Source: Obrimoposthia wandeli
Taxonomy: Eukaryota
Direction of reading: 5' to 3'
Length of the DNA: 64,000 bases
NCBI GenBank assembly: GCA_977020255.1
Contig: CDROCS010000095.1
Location: forward strand, 1-64,000
Position numbers and translations under genes: made by a program. The first letter of the stretch is position 1. The number at the start of each line of letters is the position of its first letter. Of this stretch, positions 41,119-51,557 are shown in pieces. Below the pieces are notes generated by a model. That model was given only the letters and a program-made list of their open reading frames with translations. It was not told the origin of the DNA and ran no database searches.

Positions 41119-42566
41119 TTGCAATATGTCTTGAGCAGAGTGATGTCTGGGTTAGAATGCCTAGAATAGAACCAACATTTTGTACTTGATCTAGTTAGGG
41201 CTAATTCAATAAGGTGATCCCTTGTAGTTGCGTCTTTTTCGGGTATCCAGTTTTCAGGCGAAAAATACAATGGGTATTTTGCATTCCATTCTATCCAGCC
41301 ATCACTCATTGAGTCGTTTTTAGAATTGGCAACTTGAGAAGAAAATATTACATAAACAATCAAAGCTATAGCGGAAAGTAACAATGCTGTTTTTAATCGA
41401 GGCTCTATTTTTTTGTTTGTTGGAGGGATACACACTGCTAATAATATAAGAACTATGAATAAACCAAAGGCGTGATATAGCACTCCGTCTGTAAGGGCGT
41501 GAGTTGCGGCTGAAATAATGCAGAGAAATACGAGTGAGTTTTGTCTGTTCTCTAGCGTAAGCTGTCTGATAGATAGTTGGGCGATCAAGCCTAATGGAAT
41601 TATTAAACCAATAATTCCGTATGAGAAAATTAACTGTATGATAATGCTGTGGGGTTGAGAAATTCCAGAAATGCTGGGCATTATGTAGCGGAATGCATCT
41701 GCTCCAGCACCGAGGATAGGTGCATTGCTCCACCAGTAGTTAATTGAATCTTGATAGATTTTTAATCTATTGGCGGATATTTGATTTAAGTCAATGTCAT
41801 TTCCAGGATTAAACCAAGCTAAAAGATGAAATAAATTTAAACCGCCAGATTGTACAATGAAAAATTGTGAGAGTACTGCCCCTATTAGTATTGAAAGCAG
41901 TACCCACTTTATGTTCTTCGTAGAGATAATCATGTAAATGAGAGTGGCGACGATAACCCCAAGTAGTGCGCCGCGGCCTCCTGACCAGAAAATTAAGCCC
42001 CAAGCTAATGAAAGATAAAATATGGCAAATAGGCGTTTATTTTTTTTATTACTGTCTAATAACCAATAGCCTAAAGGAAGCGCTGTTGCGATAAAATAAC
42101 CATAGTGACGAATGTTATTAACAAAGGGGGAGCTTGGTACCCAGCTATAGGTATAAGGGTCTTCTAAAGCAATCCATAGACCTATGTAGCAGGTAAGAGA
42201 GAATAATAATGCAGCGATAATGCTGTGTAGAACGAGATTTTTATATTGTGGCGATTGTTGTATTAACAAATAAATAAAAAGTCCAAAAATAAAACTTATT
42301 AATAGTTCAAACCAGCGAATTATTCCAGCCCAAGGATATTCTCCGAGGACGGTAGATAGGCCTGCCCATAATAGCCATATTATGATTAATGAGGTATAGC
42401 GGCGAGAAATATTCCATTGCTTTAAGTTTACGATGCTAAGAGTTGCAAGTGCAATAAAACCGAGTTCAAGAAATACTGTAATTGCTCGTAGCAACAGAGG
42501 GCCAAAATGCGGTAAAAGACTCTCGTAACAATAAAAAATGCTATCGGAGAGCATGCTAAAAAACAA
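41115..42566 (-). CDS. O-antigen ligase/O-oligosaccharyltransferase (Wzy_C, WaaL/TfpO-like) (483 aa)
   Basis: About 12 hydrophobic segments, SGGRGALLG, NRLKIYQDSINYW..PILGAGADAF..QPHSIIIQL..YGIIG. Confidence 0.85.
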   Translation of the reverse strand: MFFSMLSDSIFYCYESLLPHFGPLLLRAITVFLELGFIALATLSIVNLKQWNISRRYTSLIIIWLLWAGLSTVLGEYPWAGIIRWFELLISFIFGLFIYLLIQQSPQYKNLVLHSIIAALLFSLTCYIGLWIALEDPYTYSWVPSSPFVNNIRHYGYFIATALPLGYWLLDSNKKNKRLFAIFYLSLAWGLIFWSGGRGALLGVIVATLIYMIISTKNIKWVLLSILIGAVLSQFFIVQSGGLNLFHLLAWFNPGNDIDLNQISANRLKIYQDSINYWWSNAPILGAGADAFRYIMPSISGISQPHSIIIQLIFSYGIIGLIIPLGLIAQLSIRQLTLENRQNSLVFLCIISAATHALTDGVLYHAFGLFIVLILLAVCIPPTNKKIEPRLKTALLLSAIALIVYVIFSSQVANSKNDSMSDGWIEWNAKYPLYFSPENWIPEKDATTRDHLIELALTRSSTKCWFYSRHSNPDITLLKTYCK

Positions 42567-42637
42567 AAAGGTATCGAGGACGATTTAAACTGATTCCAAA
42601 TAACTGCATGATTAATATCCCATCATCTATCGTCAAG

Positions 42638-43543
42638 TTAAACCAACCGCATAGACAAATCAACCGCAGTGCAGTCTTTAGTCAAAGCCCCAATAGAAAT
42701 ATAATCCACTCCAGTCTCAGCATAAGCGCGTAACGTTTTGGTAGTAATACCACCAGAAGCTTCAAGCTTCGCGTGCTTTCCAATACCAGAAGCATTCTTT
42801 GCGTTAGCAAACGTCTTATTCAATTCAACTGCTTCAACCATCAAGGCAGGGCTAAAGTTATCCAGCATGATAATGTCGGCACCGGCTTTAAGCGCTGTGG
42901 TTAGTTCTGCTAGCGATTCGACTTCGACTTCTACTTTCTTGCCCGGTGCAATTAGGTGAGCTTTTTCTACCGCATTTTTGATACTGCCACAGGCGTGGAT
43001 GTGGTTTTCTTTAATCAAAAACGCATCGTATAAGCCTAGGCGATGGTTGTAGCAGCCACCAATACTAACAGCGTATTTTTGACCTATGCGTAAGCCCGGC
43101 AAGGTTTTGCGGGTATCGAGTAATTTAACCCCCGTCCCTTCTACTATTTGTGCGTAATGCTGGCACAAGGTGGCAGTTGCCGATAATGTTTGTAGAAAAT
43201 TCAAGGCGGCGCGTTCTCCCGTTAATAGCGATCGGGCAGAGCCTGTGAGTTCGAACAAAACTTGATTTGGGCGTACCCATTGGCCATCGCTGACTTTCCA
43301 GTTAATACAAACGCTGGGGTCGAGTTGTTTGAATACTTCATTTACCCAAGCTGAACCGGCGATGATGGCGCGGTCGCGGCTGATAATCCGGGCCTTTGCT
43401 TGATTTTCTGCAGGTATCAGTTGCGCGGTAATATCACCGTTTATGAGCAGATTTCCCGAGGCATCAGTGCCTATATCTTCTAATAACGCTTGTTTAACGG
43501 TATTGCGGATATCGTCTTTAAAGGGGGTTAAATCAAGCGGCAT
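42638..43543 (-). CDS. nadC: Quinolinate phosphoribosyltransferase (nicotinate-nucleotide diphosphorylase)
   Basis: [47 protein letters not shown]. Confidence 0.97.
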   Translation of the reverse strand: MPLDLTPFKDDIRNTVKQALLEDIGTDASGNLLINGDITAQLIPAENQAKARIISRDRAIIAGSAWVNEVFKQLDPSVCINWKVSDGQWVRPNQVLFELTGSARSLLTGERAALNFLQTLSATATLCQHYAQIVEGTGVKLLDTRKTLPGLRIGQKYAVSIGGCYNHRLGLYDAFLIKENHIHACGSIKNAVEKAHLIAPGKKVEVEVESLAELTTALKAGADIIMLDNFSPALMVEAVELNKTFANAKNASGIGKHAKLEASGGITTKTLRAYAETGVDYISIGALTKDCTAVDLSMRLV

Positions 43544-43698
43544 GGTTTGCTGTCTCGTGAATCTGTTTGATAGGGTTTTCTTAGCTAGAAATTTTGAGCG
43601 AGTATTGATGTCAGCGTCGCTCAATCCTTTCTAGCTTCAGATGTCTTTGTTTCTTTTTCGGCTAGTTTTTACACTAGCCTTTTTAAAACTTCTTAAAT

Positions 43699-45081
43699 TT
43701 AAATGTTTGTATTAGAAGCTTCTTTCTCTAATGCACTTTTTTCTTGAGCCGCTTTCGTCAGCTTAAATACCACTGGGCTAAGTAATAGCAGGGCAATCAA
43801 GTTCGGTAATGCCATCAGTGCATTCAAAGTATCGGCCACTAACCAGGCTAAATCTAGCTGGAAAGTAGCGCCTACCGGAATGGCTAAAACCCAAACAATG
43901 CGGAAGATAATAATCGATTTTACACCGAACAGGTATTCAGCGCACTTCTCACCGTAAAAAGACCAGCCTAAAAGTGTAGTAAATGCGAAGACGATTAAGC
44001 CGAACGTTACTATGTACTCACCTATCGAAGGTAAACCTTGGCTGAACGCCGCAGCGGTTAACGTTGCTCCCGATAATGCTTTACCTGTTTCAGGATCGAT
44101 TATCTGCCAAGCGCCAGAGGCAACAATGACTAAGCCAGTGATTGTGCAAATCACTAAGGTATCGATAAAGGTCCCTAGCATTGCGATGGTGCCTTGCTGT
44201 ACGGGATTGTTAGTTTGCGCGGCTGCGTGGGCGATCGGTGCACTACCTAGGCCTGCTTCGTTAGAGAAAACACCGCGTGCGATACCGAAACGAATCGCCA
44301 TCCAAACACTGGCGCCTGCAAAGCCGCCAACCGCTGAAATAGGGGTAAAGGCGTACGTTAAAATGGTATTAAACGCTTCTGGAATACGATCAAAATAAAT
44401 AACTAAAAGAATCAGGCCGCCAATAATATAAGTGATGGCCATAAAGGGAACGAGCTTACCGGCGACGATAGCGATGCGTTTGATGCCGCCCAATAAGACC
44501 AGCGCGGCTAGAATAGCCATGATAATTCCACTGGCTAGTTCTGGCACCTTAAATGAATTGTACATAACATCGGCAACCGAGTTGGCTTGTACGCCATTAC
44601 CGATACCAAAGCCTGCAATCATGCCGAAAAAGGCAAAGGCGGTCGCCATCCACTTCCAGTTAACCCCAAGGCCATTTTTGATGTAATACATTGGGCCGCC
44701 AACGAAGTTGCCGTTTTCATCTTTTTCACGATAGTGCACCGCCAGAACAGCTTCCGCGTATTTTGTTGCCATGCCGATTAAGGCGATCATCCACATCCAA
44801 AATAATGCGCCGGGGCCGCCCATTGCGATAGCTGTTGCTACCCCTGCGATATTACCGGTGCCAATGGTGGCTGACAGAGAGGTCATTAATGCGTTAAAGC
44901 CGGAGATATCCCCTTCGCCTTTCGCCTTGCGGCCAGACCATAAAAGGGAGAAACCTTTTTTGATATTGAGGATTGGGTAGGCTTTTAGGCCGATGGTAAG
45001 AAAGAGCCCTGTGATCGCAATCAGCAATAACATTGGGGGACCCCATGCCCAACCATTAACGGTATTGATAATGTCGACCAT
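43699..45081 (-). CDS. Alanine/glycine:cation symporter (AGCS family)
   Basis: LSATIGTGNIAGVA, GGPGALFWMW, GGPMYYI, RGVFSNEAGLGSAPIAHA. Confidence 0.95.
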   Translation of the reverse strand: MVDIINTVNGWAWGPPMLLLIAITGLFLTIGLKAYPILNIKKGFSLLWSGRKAKGEGDISGFNALMTSLSATIGTGNIAGVATAIAMGGPGALFWMWMIALIGMATKYAEAVLAVHYREKDENGNFVGGPMYYIKNGLGVNWKWMATAFAFFGMIAGFGIGNGVQANSVADVMYNSFKVPELASGIIMAILAALVLLGGIKRIAIVAGKLVPFMAITYIIGGLILLVIYFDRIPEAFNTILTYAFTPISAVGGFAGASVWMAIRFGIARGVFSNEAGLGSAPIAHAAAQTNNPVQQGTIAMLGTFIDTLVICTITGLVIVASGAWQIIDPETGKALSGATLTAAAFSQGLPSIGEYIVTFGLIVFAFTTLLGWSFYGEKCAEYLFGVKSIIIFRIVWVLAIPVGATFQLDLAWLVADTLNALMALPNLIALLLLSPVVFKLTKAAQEKSALEKEASNTNI

Positions 45082-45190
45082 AAAGTCTGCCTTCTATTAT
45101 TTGATTTTTATTTAATGATTCTGACACTATACTCGGCTGATTGTATGAGTCAAAATCAATGCCATAATTTTTTAAAAATAAGGCTGAAAT

Positions 45191-45757
45191 GTGAAGCAGA
45201 GCCACGCTACGGCGCTTGTTGTTAATGATCACTGGTTGAATATTGCACAAAAATGCCCATCGCCTAATTTTAATGCACGCCCTAATGATGAAATCTCATT
45301 ATTGGTTATTCACAATATCAGTTTGCCGCCCAAGCAATACGGTGGACCCTTTGTTGAAGATTTTTTCTGCAATCGCTTAGAGACAGATGCAGACCCTTAT
45401 TTTTCTGAGATATCGCATTTACAGGTATCCAGCCATCTATTTATTCGTCGTGATGGTTCAGTTGTTCAGTTTGTAGCGTTTAATCAGCGTGCTTGGCATG
45501 CGGGCTTGTCTCATTATGCGGGTCGAGATAACTGCAATGACTTCTCCATTGGCATCGAAATGGAGGGGTGTGATGATGAAGCTTATAGCGCAGATCAGTA
45601 CGCGTGTTTACAGCAAGTCGCGCAGTCGCTGATGTTAGCATATCCACAGATTTCAAGTGATCGTATTACTGGGCATGAATTTATCTCGCCTAGGCGTAAA
45701 ACCGATCCGGGCCCTGCGTTTAAGTGGCAGACGTTATTTTCTGGTTTGAACTGCTAA
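45191..45757 (+). CDS. ampD: 1,6-anhydro-N-acetylmuramyl-L-alanine amidase AmpD
   Basis: IHNISLPP, VSSHLFI, RAWHAG, NDFSIGIE, RKTDPGP. Confidence 0.96.
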   Translation: MKQSHATALVVNDHWLNIAQKCPSPNFNARPNDEISLLVIHNISLPPKQYGGPFVEDFFCNRLETDADPYFSEISHLQVSSHLFIRRDGSVVQFVAFNQRAWHAGLSHYAGRDNCNDFSIGIEMEGCDDEAYSADQYACLQQVAQSLMLAYPQISSDRITGHEFISPRRKTDPGPAFKWQTLFSGLNC

Positions 45758-45879
45758 GCTTCTAATATAAAGGCTTTAAATGATGCAGGACTATTTATAA
45801 GCGGAATGTCTTGAAACGGATGTTTGTGAAGCAGAACGATTATCGCTAGACTCATACAAAAATCTTAGTGGGTTATTAC

Positions 45880-46770
45880 ATGAAGTTTTTGATCTTATTT
45901 ATCACTCTTGTCTTGCAACATTATCGTGGGATCAATCGAAGTACGACCACGAGCCGCAGTTTTAGTAAGTGGTTTTACCTGTTTCAAGGGCGCCCGTGGT
46001 TACAAAAACTTGGGCGAACAGGACGATATATTTTAATCGTTTTTATACCATCAATTCTTATTGGTGGTTGTTTTATGCTGATAGAAGATCAGCTATTAGG
46101 CTTACCCGCTATTATTTTAGAAGTCGCTTTATTACTGTACGTATTAAGTCATGCTGACTTTGAACGCCACATTACTCAATATCGTAAAGATCTAGAAAGT
46201 GGCGATGTTCAGGGGGCTTATCACTGTGCAGAGCAATACTTATCGATTCCTGAAATTGAACTGAGTGATGAATTGGCTAAAATGCACGATCAGGTGTGTC
46301 ATACCATCTTGCATCGTTGGTTTGAATTCTTCTTTTTAATGATTTTTTGGTTCTTAATATTAGGTGTGCCAGGGGTTTTGTTAGCTTGGTTTAGCCTGCA
46401 GTATTCTCAGCTTGTGCATTGTGAAGAGAAGGCTTGGCGTCCGATGCATTGGTTGTCTTGGATTCCTGCGCGCTTATTAGGCTTAACGTTTGCGCTGGCG
46501 GGAAACTTTGTGCAGGGAATTGGTATCTGGAAGCAATCATTGTGGAAGGGACGTGCGCCAGCGGATGTCGTATTGTATAAAGTTGCCTTAGCCTCTTTAT
46601 CGGGGAAAAACGATAAAGAGAGCTGCATGGAAACGATGACTAATGCTGAAGCAGATACCAAAGATGCGTGCGATCAGATGTTAGAATTGCAAATGCTGCA
46701 TCGTCGCAGTGCGATTGTTTGGCTGGTTATTATCGCGTTAATTACTATTGTGGGGGGAACGCTTTTCTAA
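45880..46770 (+). CDS. ampE: AmpE-like (CobD/CbiB-fold) membrane protein
   Basis: Directly downstream of ampD; FFFLMIFWF and WIPARLLGLTFALAGNF motifs. Confidence 0.8.
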   Translation: MKFLILFITLVLQHYRGINRSTTTSRSFSKWFYLFQGRPWLQKLGRTGRYILIVFIPSILIGGCFMLIEDQLLGLPAIILEVALLLYVLSHADFERHITQYRKDLESGDVQGAYHCAEQYLSIPEIELSDELAKMHDQVCHTILHRWFEFFFLMIFWFLILGVPGVLLAWFSLQYSQLVHCEEKAWRPMHWLSWIPARLLGLTFALAGNFVQGIGIWKQSLWKGRAPADVVLYKVALASLSGKNDKESCMETMTNAEADTKDACDQMLELQMLHRRSAIVWLVIIALITIVGGTLF

Positions 46771-46786
46771 GTTGCTTTCTTTATTA

Positions 46787-47767
46787 TCAAAGAAACGCTG
46801 CCCCACGCACCCCGCTTGAGTCCCCATGCTCGGCTTTTACTAGCCGAGTCAGTACTTGATCAGAGAAAACGTACTCGGGTAAAATTTCGGGTACTCGCTG
46901 GTACAAATAATCAATATTCGACATTCCACCGCCCAATACAATGACTTCTGGATCGAAGATGTTAATAACACTGGCCAGTGATTTCGCCAGCTGGCGCGCA
47001 TAAGTATCGAATACCGTGATCGCTTGTTGATTCCTCTCAAGCAAAGCTTGATGCCATTGTTCGGCAGTATGGCTCGTATTGCTGCTGTTATTGGCATGTT
47101 GTGTAAACCCCGGGCCAGAAAGAAAGGTCTCAATACAGCCTTGTTTGCCGCAATAACAAGGCATCAATACTTCATCTGCTTGCGGCCAAGGCAGGGGATT
47201 GTGTCCCCATTCACCACAAATAGCATTTGGGCCTGAAACCAATTGCTGATTGATGACTAAGCCGCCGCCACATCCCGTACCGATAATAATCCCGAAAACT
47301 GAGCTTGCACCTTTAGCAGCCCCATCTTTTGCTTCAGACAATACAAAGCAATCAGCATCATTAGCAATTTTTATTGGGCAGTTAAGCGCACGTTCTAAAT
47401 CTTGTTGAAAAGGCTGTCCGATTAAACAGGTGGTATTGGCATTTTTAACCAAGCCTGTGGCGGGGCTAATTGCGCCTGGAATGCCAATGCCTATGTGATG
47501 AAGTGTTTGATTGAGTAGTCTTGCGTGTAATTGATCTTGGCTAGCTGAGATCAATTGTTTGATCGCCGCAATAATGGCTTGGTACTGGTCTTGATCAGAA
47601 TTGAAATCGTGTTTGGCAGGAGTCGATATACGTTGGCGAAGTAAAGTATCCCCTTGTGGGGAGAGGACTATAATCTCGATTTTAGTCCCGCCTAGATCAA
47701 CCCCTACTTTTAGAGGGGTTGTCGATAAATAATCTGTGGATAAAGAATCTGTGTGGCTGTCGTGCAT
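46787..47767 (-). CDS. ROK-family sugar kinase (fructokinase Mak-like)
   Basis: GVDLGGTKIE, NDADCF.LSEA, IIGTGCGGG, GEWGHNPLP, CYCGKQGCIE, HGDSSGVRGAA. Confidence 0.93.
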   Translation of the reverse strand: MHDSHTDSLSTDYLSTTPLKVGVDLGGTKIEIIVLSPQGDTLLRQRISTPAKHDFNSDQDQYQAIIAAIKQLISASQDQLHARLLNQTLHHIGIGIPGAISPATGLVKNANTTCLIGQPFQQDLERALNCPIKIANDADCFVLSEAKDGAAKGASSVFGIIIGTGCGGGLVINQQLVSGPNAICGEWGHNPLPWPQADEVLMPCYCGKQGCIETFLSGPGFTQHANNSSNTSHTAEQWHQALLERNQQAITVFDTYARQLAKSLASVINIFDPEVIVLGGGMSNIDYLYQRVPEILPEYVFSDQVLTRLVKAEHGDSSGVRGAAFL

Positions 47768-47778
47768 TGAAATTTCAT

Positions 47779-48117
47779 TTAAGTATTAGTTGGGTGATAC
47801 GAGGCTAACATTAATTGGGCATGATCGCTCAGTTCGATCACTTTGCAGCCATTACCATACATACTGGGGGTTATACGGTCGGTCCACATGACTTGAGCTT
47901 TGACTTGGCCGGTGCGGCGACTATCGATATTAGGCGGAATATCGACCATGTCGACTTCTAATATGGTGCCTATTTCTAACGGCATATACGATGACAACAT
48001 GATGCCTGTGGCAGAGAAATCGACCATTAAACCTAGGTATTCTTTTGAGTCATGCATAAACAAGCTGACGGTAGCTTCCAAAACTTGTCTGGCATGCATG
48101 CGATTTTCTTTGCTCAT
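47779..48117 (-). CDS. Stand-alone PilZ-domain protein
   Basis: RMHAR (RxxxR) and DFSATG (DxSxxG) c-di-GMP motifs. Confidence 0.85.
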   Translation of the reverse strand: MSKENRMHARQVLEATVSLFMHDSKEYLGLMVDFSATGIMLSSYMPLEIGTILEVDMVDIPPNIDSRRTGQVKAQVMWTDRITPSMYGNGCKVIELSDHAQLMLASYHPTNT

Positions 48118-48216
48118 AGCGGTATACTTCCCCGAATTTTATTAACTAAATTATAGACGTTATTTAGCAAAGCGTTTGTTGATTAACAGGCATGAACAGC
48201 GACATGAGTGACTGAC

Positions 48217-48765
48217 ATGAATAATCAAGTGCATTTGGTATTGGGTGGGGCGCGTTCGGGTAAAAGTCGTTTTGCTGAGAAAACGGCGACTGAAGCGGGA
48301 AAGAATGTGGTCTACGTTGCGACCGCCACGGTTTATGATGATGAAATGCAGCAGCGTATTAACCGCCACATTGATGACAGGCCTGATCATTGGTTGACGG
48401 TAGAAGAGCCGTTATTATTAGCCAAAGTACTCAAGCAGCATGCGGATAAAGATACCTGTTTATTGGTCGATTGTTTGACGTTATGGCTTACTAATGTGCT
48501 TATGGGTGAGCAAGGTCAATCTGTGAATCTTGAGAACGATATAAAATCGCTGGCTGAACATAAGGCAGAATTATTAGCGGCTTTAACCCGTTTACCTGGG
48601 CAGATTATTCTGGTCAGTAACGAAGTTGGTCAAGGCATTGTGCCCATGGGTGAGTTGAGTCGACGTTTTGTTGATGAGGCGGGCTGGTTACATCAAGACA
48701 TCGCTGGTATAGCGAATAAAGTTACGCTGGTTGTGGCAGGCTTACCCATGGTATTGAAAAGTTAA
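48217..48765 (+). CDS. cobU: Adenosylcobinamide kinase/adenosylcobinamide-phosphate guanylyltransferase
   Basis: GGARSGKSRFAE, EM..RI..H, DCLTLW, VSNEVG. Confidence 0.96.
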   Translation: MNNQVHLVLGGARSGKSRFAEKTATEAGKNVVYVATATVYDDEMQQRINRHIDDRPDHWLTVEEPLLLAKVLKQHADKDTCLLVDCLTLWLTNVLMGEQGQSVNLENDIKSLAEHKAELLAALTRLPGQIILVSNEVGQGIVPMGELSRRFVDEAGWLHQDIAGIANKVTLVVAGLPMVLKS

Positions 48766-48811
48766 ATAATTAAACTAGTTATTATCACAAAATCTGAATC
48801 GAGTTTAAAAA

Positions 48812-49882
48812 ATGAAAAAACTTTGGTGGAAAAACGATTGCTTGGCGATCAACGAAAAAGTAAAAACTCAGGCTCAAGAGCGTCAGGGGATGTTAACAAA
48901 GCCGCCAGGTTCGTTAGGGCTTTTAGAAGACGTAGCGATTACATTAGCCAGTTTATATGGCGATGATAAACCAGAAATTAAGCAGCCTTTGATCACGGTT
49001 TTTGCTGGTGATCATGGTGTTGTTGCACAAGGTGTTTCAGCTTTTCCACAAGCCGTTACGGTTGAGATGATTCGTAATTTTGTTAACGGTGGTGCTGCTA
49101 TTTCGGTATTGGCTAAAACTAATAATGCGGAATTGAAAGTTGTAAATTGTGGAACGGCATTTGAAGTTGATTTTGCCGATGATTACGAGGCTTTACTCGA
49201 TAAGCAAGTCGCGCCTGGCACTGCAGATTTAAGTTTAGAAAGTGCGATGAGTGCTGAGCAGTTAGAGCAAGCGCTGAGCATTGGTCAGCAGGTTGTTGAG
49301 CAGGGTAAGAAAGATGGCATTGATTTTTTCATTGCGGGTGAGATGGGCATCGGTAATACCACGCCGGCAGCAGCATTAGGTTGTGCTTATACAGGCCAGT
49401 CGGCCGCTGTGATGACGGGGCGTGGTACGGGTATTGATGATGCTGGATTAAATAATAAAATTAAGGTTATCGAAAAAGCGTTAGCACGTTTGCAGCTGAC
49501 TGAGCTAAGTGCAAAGCAGATTTTACAAGAATTAGGGGGGTTTGAAATTGCGGCGATTGCGGGTGCTTATATTCGTTGTGCTCAAATGGGTATTCCTGCA
49601 CTGGTGGATGGTTTTATTACCACAGCAGCGGCTTTGGCTGCGTGTAAAATGAATCCACAAGTTCAAGACTGGTTATTGTTTAGTCATCAGTCTGAAGAGC
49701 AGGGTCACAAGTTGATGCTGGAAGCGTTAGTAGCTAAACCACTATTGAATTTGGGCTTACGCTTGGGTGAAGGCAGTGGTGCCGCCATCGCTTTACCGTT
49801 ATTGCGTCAAGCTTGTGCATTGCATAATGGCATGGCAACTTTTGCTGAAGCGGCCGTCTCTGAAGCGGCTGTATCTGAGTAA
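48812..49882 (+). CDS. cobT: Nicotinate-nucleotide--dimethylbenzimidazole phosphoribosyltransferase
   Basis: TKPPGSLG, DHGV, GEMGIGNTT, GGFE, RLGEGSGA. Confidence 0.96.
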   Translation: MKKLWWKNDCLAINEKVKTQAQERQGMLTKPPGSLGLLEDVAITLASLYGDDKPEIKQPLITVFAGDHGVVAQGVSAFPQAVTVEMIRNFVNGGAAISVLAKTNNAELKVVNCGTAFEVDFADDYEALLDKQVAPGTADLSLESAMSAEQLEQALSIGQQVVEQGKKDGIDFFIAGEMGIGNTTPAAALGCAYTGQSAAVMTGRGTGIDDAGLNNKIKVIEKALARLQLTELSAKQILQELGGFEIAAIAGAYIRCAQMGIPALVDGFITTAAALAACKMNPQVQDWLLFSHQSEEQGHKLMLEALVAKPLLNLGLRLGEGSGAAIALPLLRQACALHNGMATFAEAAVSEAAVSE

Positions 49883-49906
49883 GTTAGCTCGTTTTAATAA
49901 GAAGAG

Positions 49907-50656
49907 ATGAAAATGCAACCAACCTTTATTGATGTGATGCGTCATGGCGAACCTGAAGGGGTTTGTCCTGATGGGGGTACGATTTTACGCGGCAGTACCG
50001 ATCATGCGTTAACACAAAAGGGTTGGGCGCAAGCGCGTAAGCGTACTGAGATGCTATTAGGTGATGGGAATAAGTGGGACGTTATTATTTCTTCCCCTTT
50101 AATTCGTTGTGCAGATTTTTCTGAATCTTTGGCTTCTAAGCAGTTTGATGAAGATAGTGATCGCTTTTTTATAAAACCAAGCTGGCGTGAGATTCATTAC
50201 GGCGATTGGGATGGCTTAAGTACGGCTAAAATTTGGCAAGACCAACCTGAGCTAATGGAGAAGATGTGGCAAGATCCGTTGGGGTTTTGTGCGCCTAATG
50301 GTGAGTCTGTAAAAGATTTTAGTCTGCGTATTGAACAGGCTTGGTTGGAGTTGATTACTGAGTTTCAAGGTAAGCGAATTTTATTGGTTTGCCATGGTGG
50401 TGTAATGCGACTTTTATTAAAGCAGTTATTATTGCTAGCCCCTGAAGCGATGAATCGTTTTGCTATTCCGTATGCGGCGGCTTCGCGCTTTCGAGTTGAT
50501 CATAGTCCGGCTGGTGAAGAGCCTGTTCAGCATTGGCCAAGCTTGCTGTCTCACTTGGGTGAGGCAATTAGCTGTGATGGCATTGAAGCTGATGCGATTA
50601 AAAATGATAGAAGTAAGGTCGGTGACGAATTTAATGAAGAGCTAAAAAATGAATAA
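49907..50656 (+). CDS. Histidine phosphatase, probable alpha-ribazole-phosphate phosphatase (CobC-like)
   Basis: RHGE, SSPLIRC, WREIHYGDWDG, CHGG; lies between cobT and cobS. Confidence 0.85.
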   Translation: MKMQPTFIDVMRHGEPEGVCPDGGTILRGSTDHALTQKGWAQARKRTEMLLGDGNKWDVIISSPLIRCADFSESLASKQFDEDSDRFFIKPSWREIHYGDWDGLSTAKIWQDQPELMEKMWQDPLGFCAPNGESVKDFSLRIEQAWLELITEFQGKRILLVCHGGVMRLLLKQLLLLAPEAMNRFAIPYAAASRFRVDHSPAGEEPVQHWPSLLSHLGEAISCDGIEADAIKNDRSKVGDEFNEELKNE

Positions 50657-51479
50657 TATAAAACTAGCCTGGTTTTCTTTCTGGTATGCCATCGCGTTTT
50701 TAACCCGCATTCCTGCGGTTAATTTATCTAAAGTTTTAACGTCTCATAACAAAAAAGTTGGTCAAGGCTCGCTCTATTTTTATCCTCTAGTGGGTTTGAT
50801 TATTGGTTTGTTGATGTGCGTCGTTTATTTCATTTGCGCTTGGCAGGTGAGCAATTCGTATTCTTTATTACCCGCGGCTATTCCTAATGTGGGGTTTGAT
50901 AGTTCGAGTTTAGTCATTGCCGCTCTGATGTTATTGGCTTGGTGTTTGGTGACGGGTGGCTTGCACCTAGATGGTTTAGCCGATGCGGCGGATGCTTGGG
51001 TCGGCGGTTACGGTGATAAGCAGCGCACGTTAGATATTATGAAAGACCCAACAATCGGCCCTATGGGCGCTATGCTGGTGGTTGTGGTTTTATTATTAAA
51101 GTTTTCAGCGCTGGTAGTCGTTGTTGATAAAGCGCAAGGCTTCTCTTTGATTGGGGCCGTTCTCGCGGTGCCTATGTTGGCGCGATTTAGTATTTTGCCA
51201 TTATTTTATTTTACCCCTTATGTGCGTGAGAAAGGCTTAGGCAGTAATCTTAAACAGTCGATTAGCCCGTTATTATTTATGATCGTGACCGTTGTTTCTG
51301 TGTTGCTGGCGGTTGTTTTCTTGCAGCAGAAATCGATTTTCATTCTGATTCTTTCTGCGGCTATTTTACTCTGGGCGCGTAATATTATGATGCAACGGAT
51401 TGGCGGCACGACGGGGGATACCGCGGGCGCGATGATTGAAGTTCAAGAAGCTTTGTTATTGTGTGCTTTGGTTTTGTAG
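50649..51479 (+). CDS. cobS: Adenosylcobinamide-GDP ribazoletransferase (cobalamin synthase)
   Basis: FLTRIP, TGGLHLDGLAD, IMKD, GGTTGDTAGA. Confidence 0.96.
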   Translation: MNNIKLAWFSFWYAIAFLTRIPAVNLSKVLTSHNKKVGQGSLYFYPLVGLIIGLLMCVVYFICAWQVSNSYSLLPAAIPNVGFDSSSLVIAALMLLAWCLVTGGLHLDGLADAADAWVGGYGDKQRTLDIMKDPTIGPMGAMLVVVVLLLKFSALVVVVDKAQGFSLIGAVLAVPMLARFSILPLFYFTPYVREKGLGSNLKQSISPLLFMIVTVVSVLLAVVFLQQKSIFILILSAAILLWARNIMMQRIGGTTGDTAGAMIEVQEALLLCALVL

Positions 51480-51557
51480 TGCGTGACTCTAAGTACCTAG
51501 CGTCGATCTTTGAGCGAATCATGCTAGATTTATCGTCACGGCGTTTTTAAAATACAG

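Noticed and set aside
38320-43624. tRNA-Thr near pilA/nadC, as in Pseudomonas
   Set aside because: No cloverleaf or TTCGA T-loop pattern found in the short intergenic gaps
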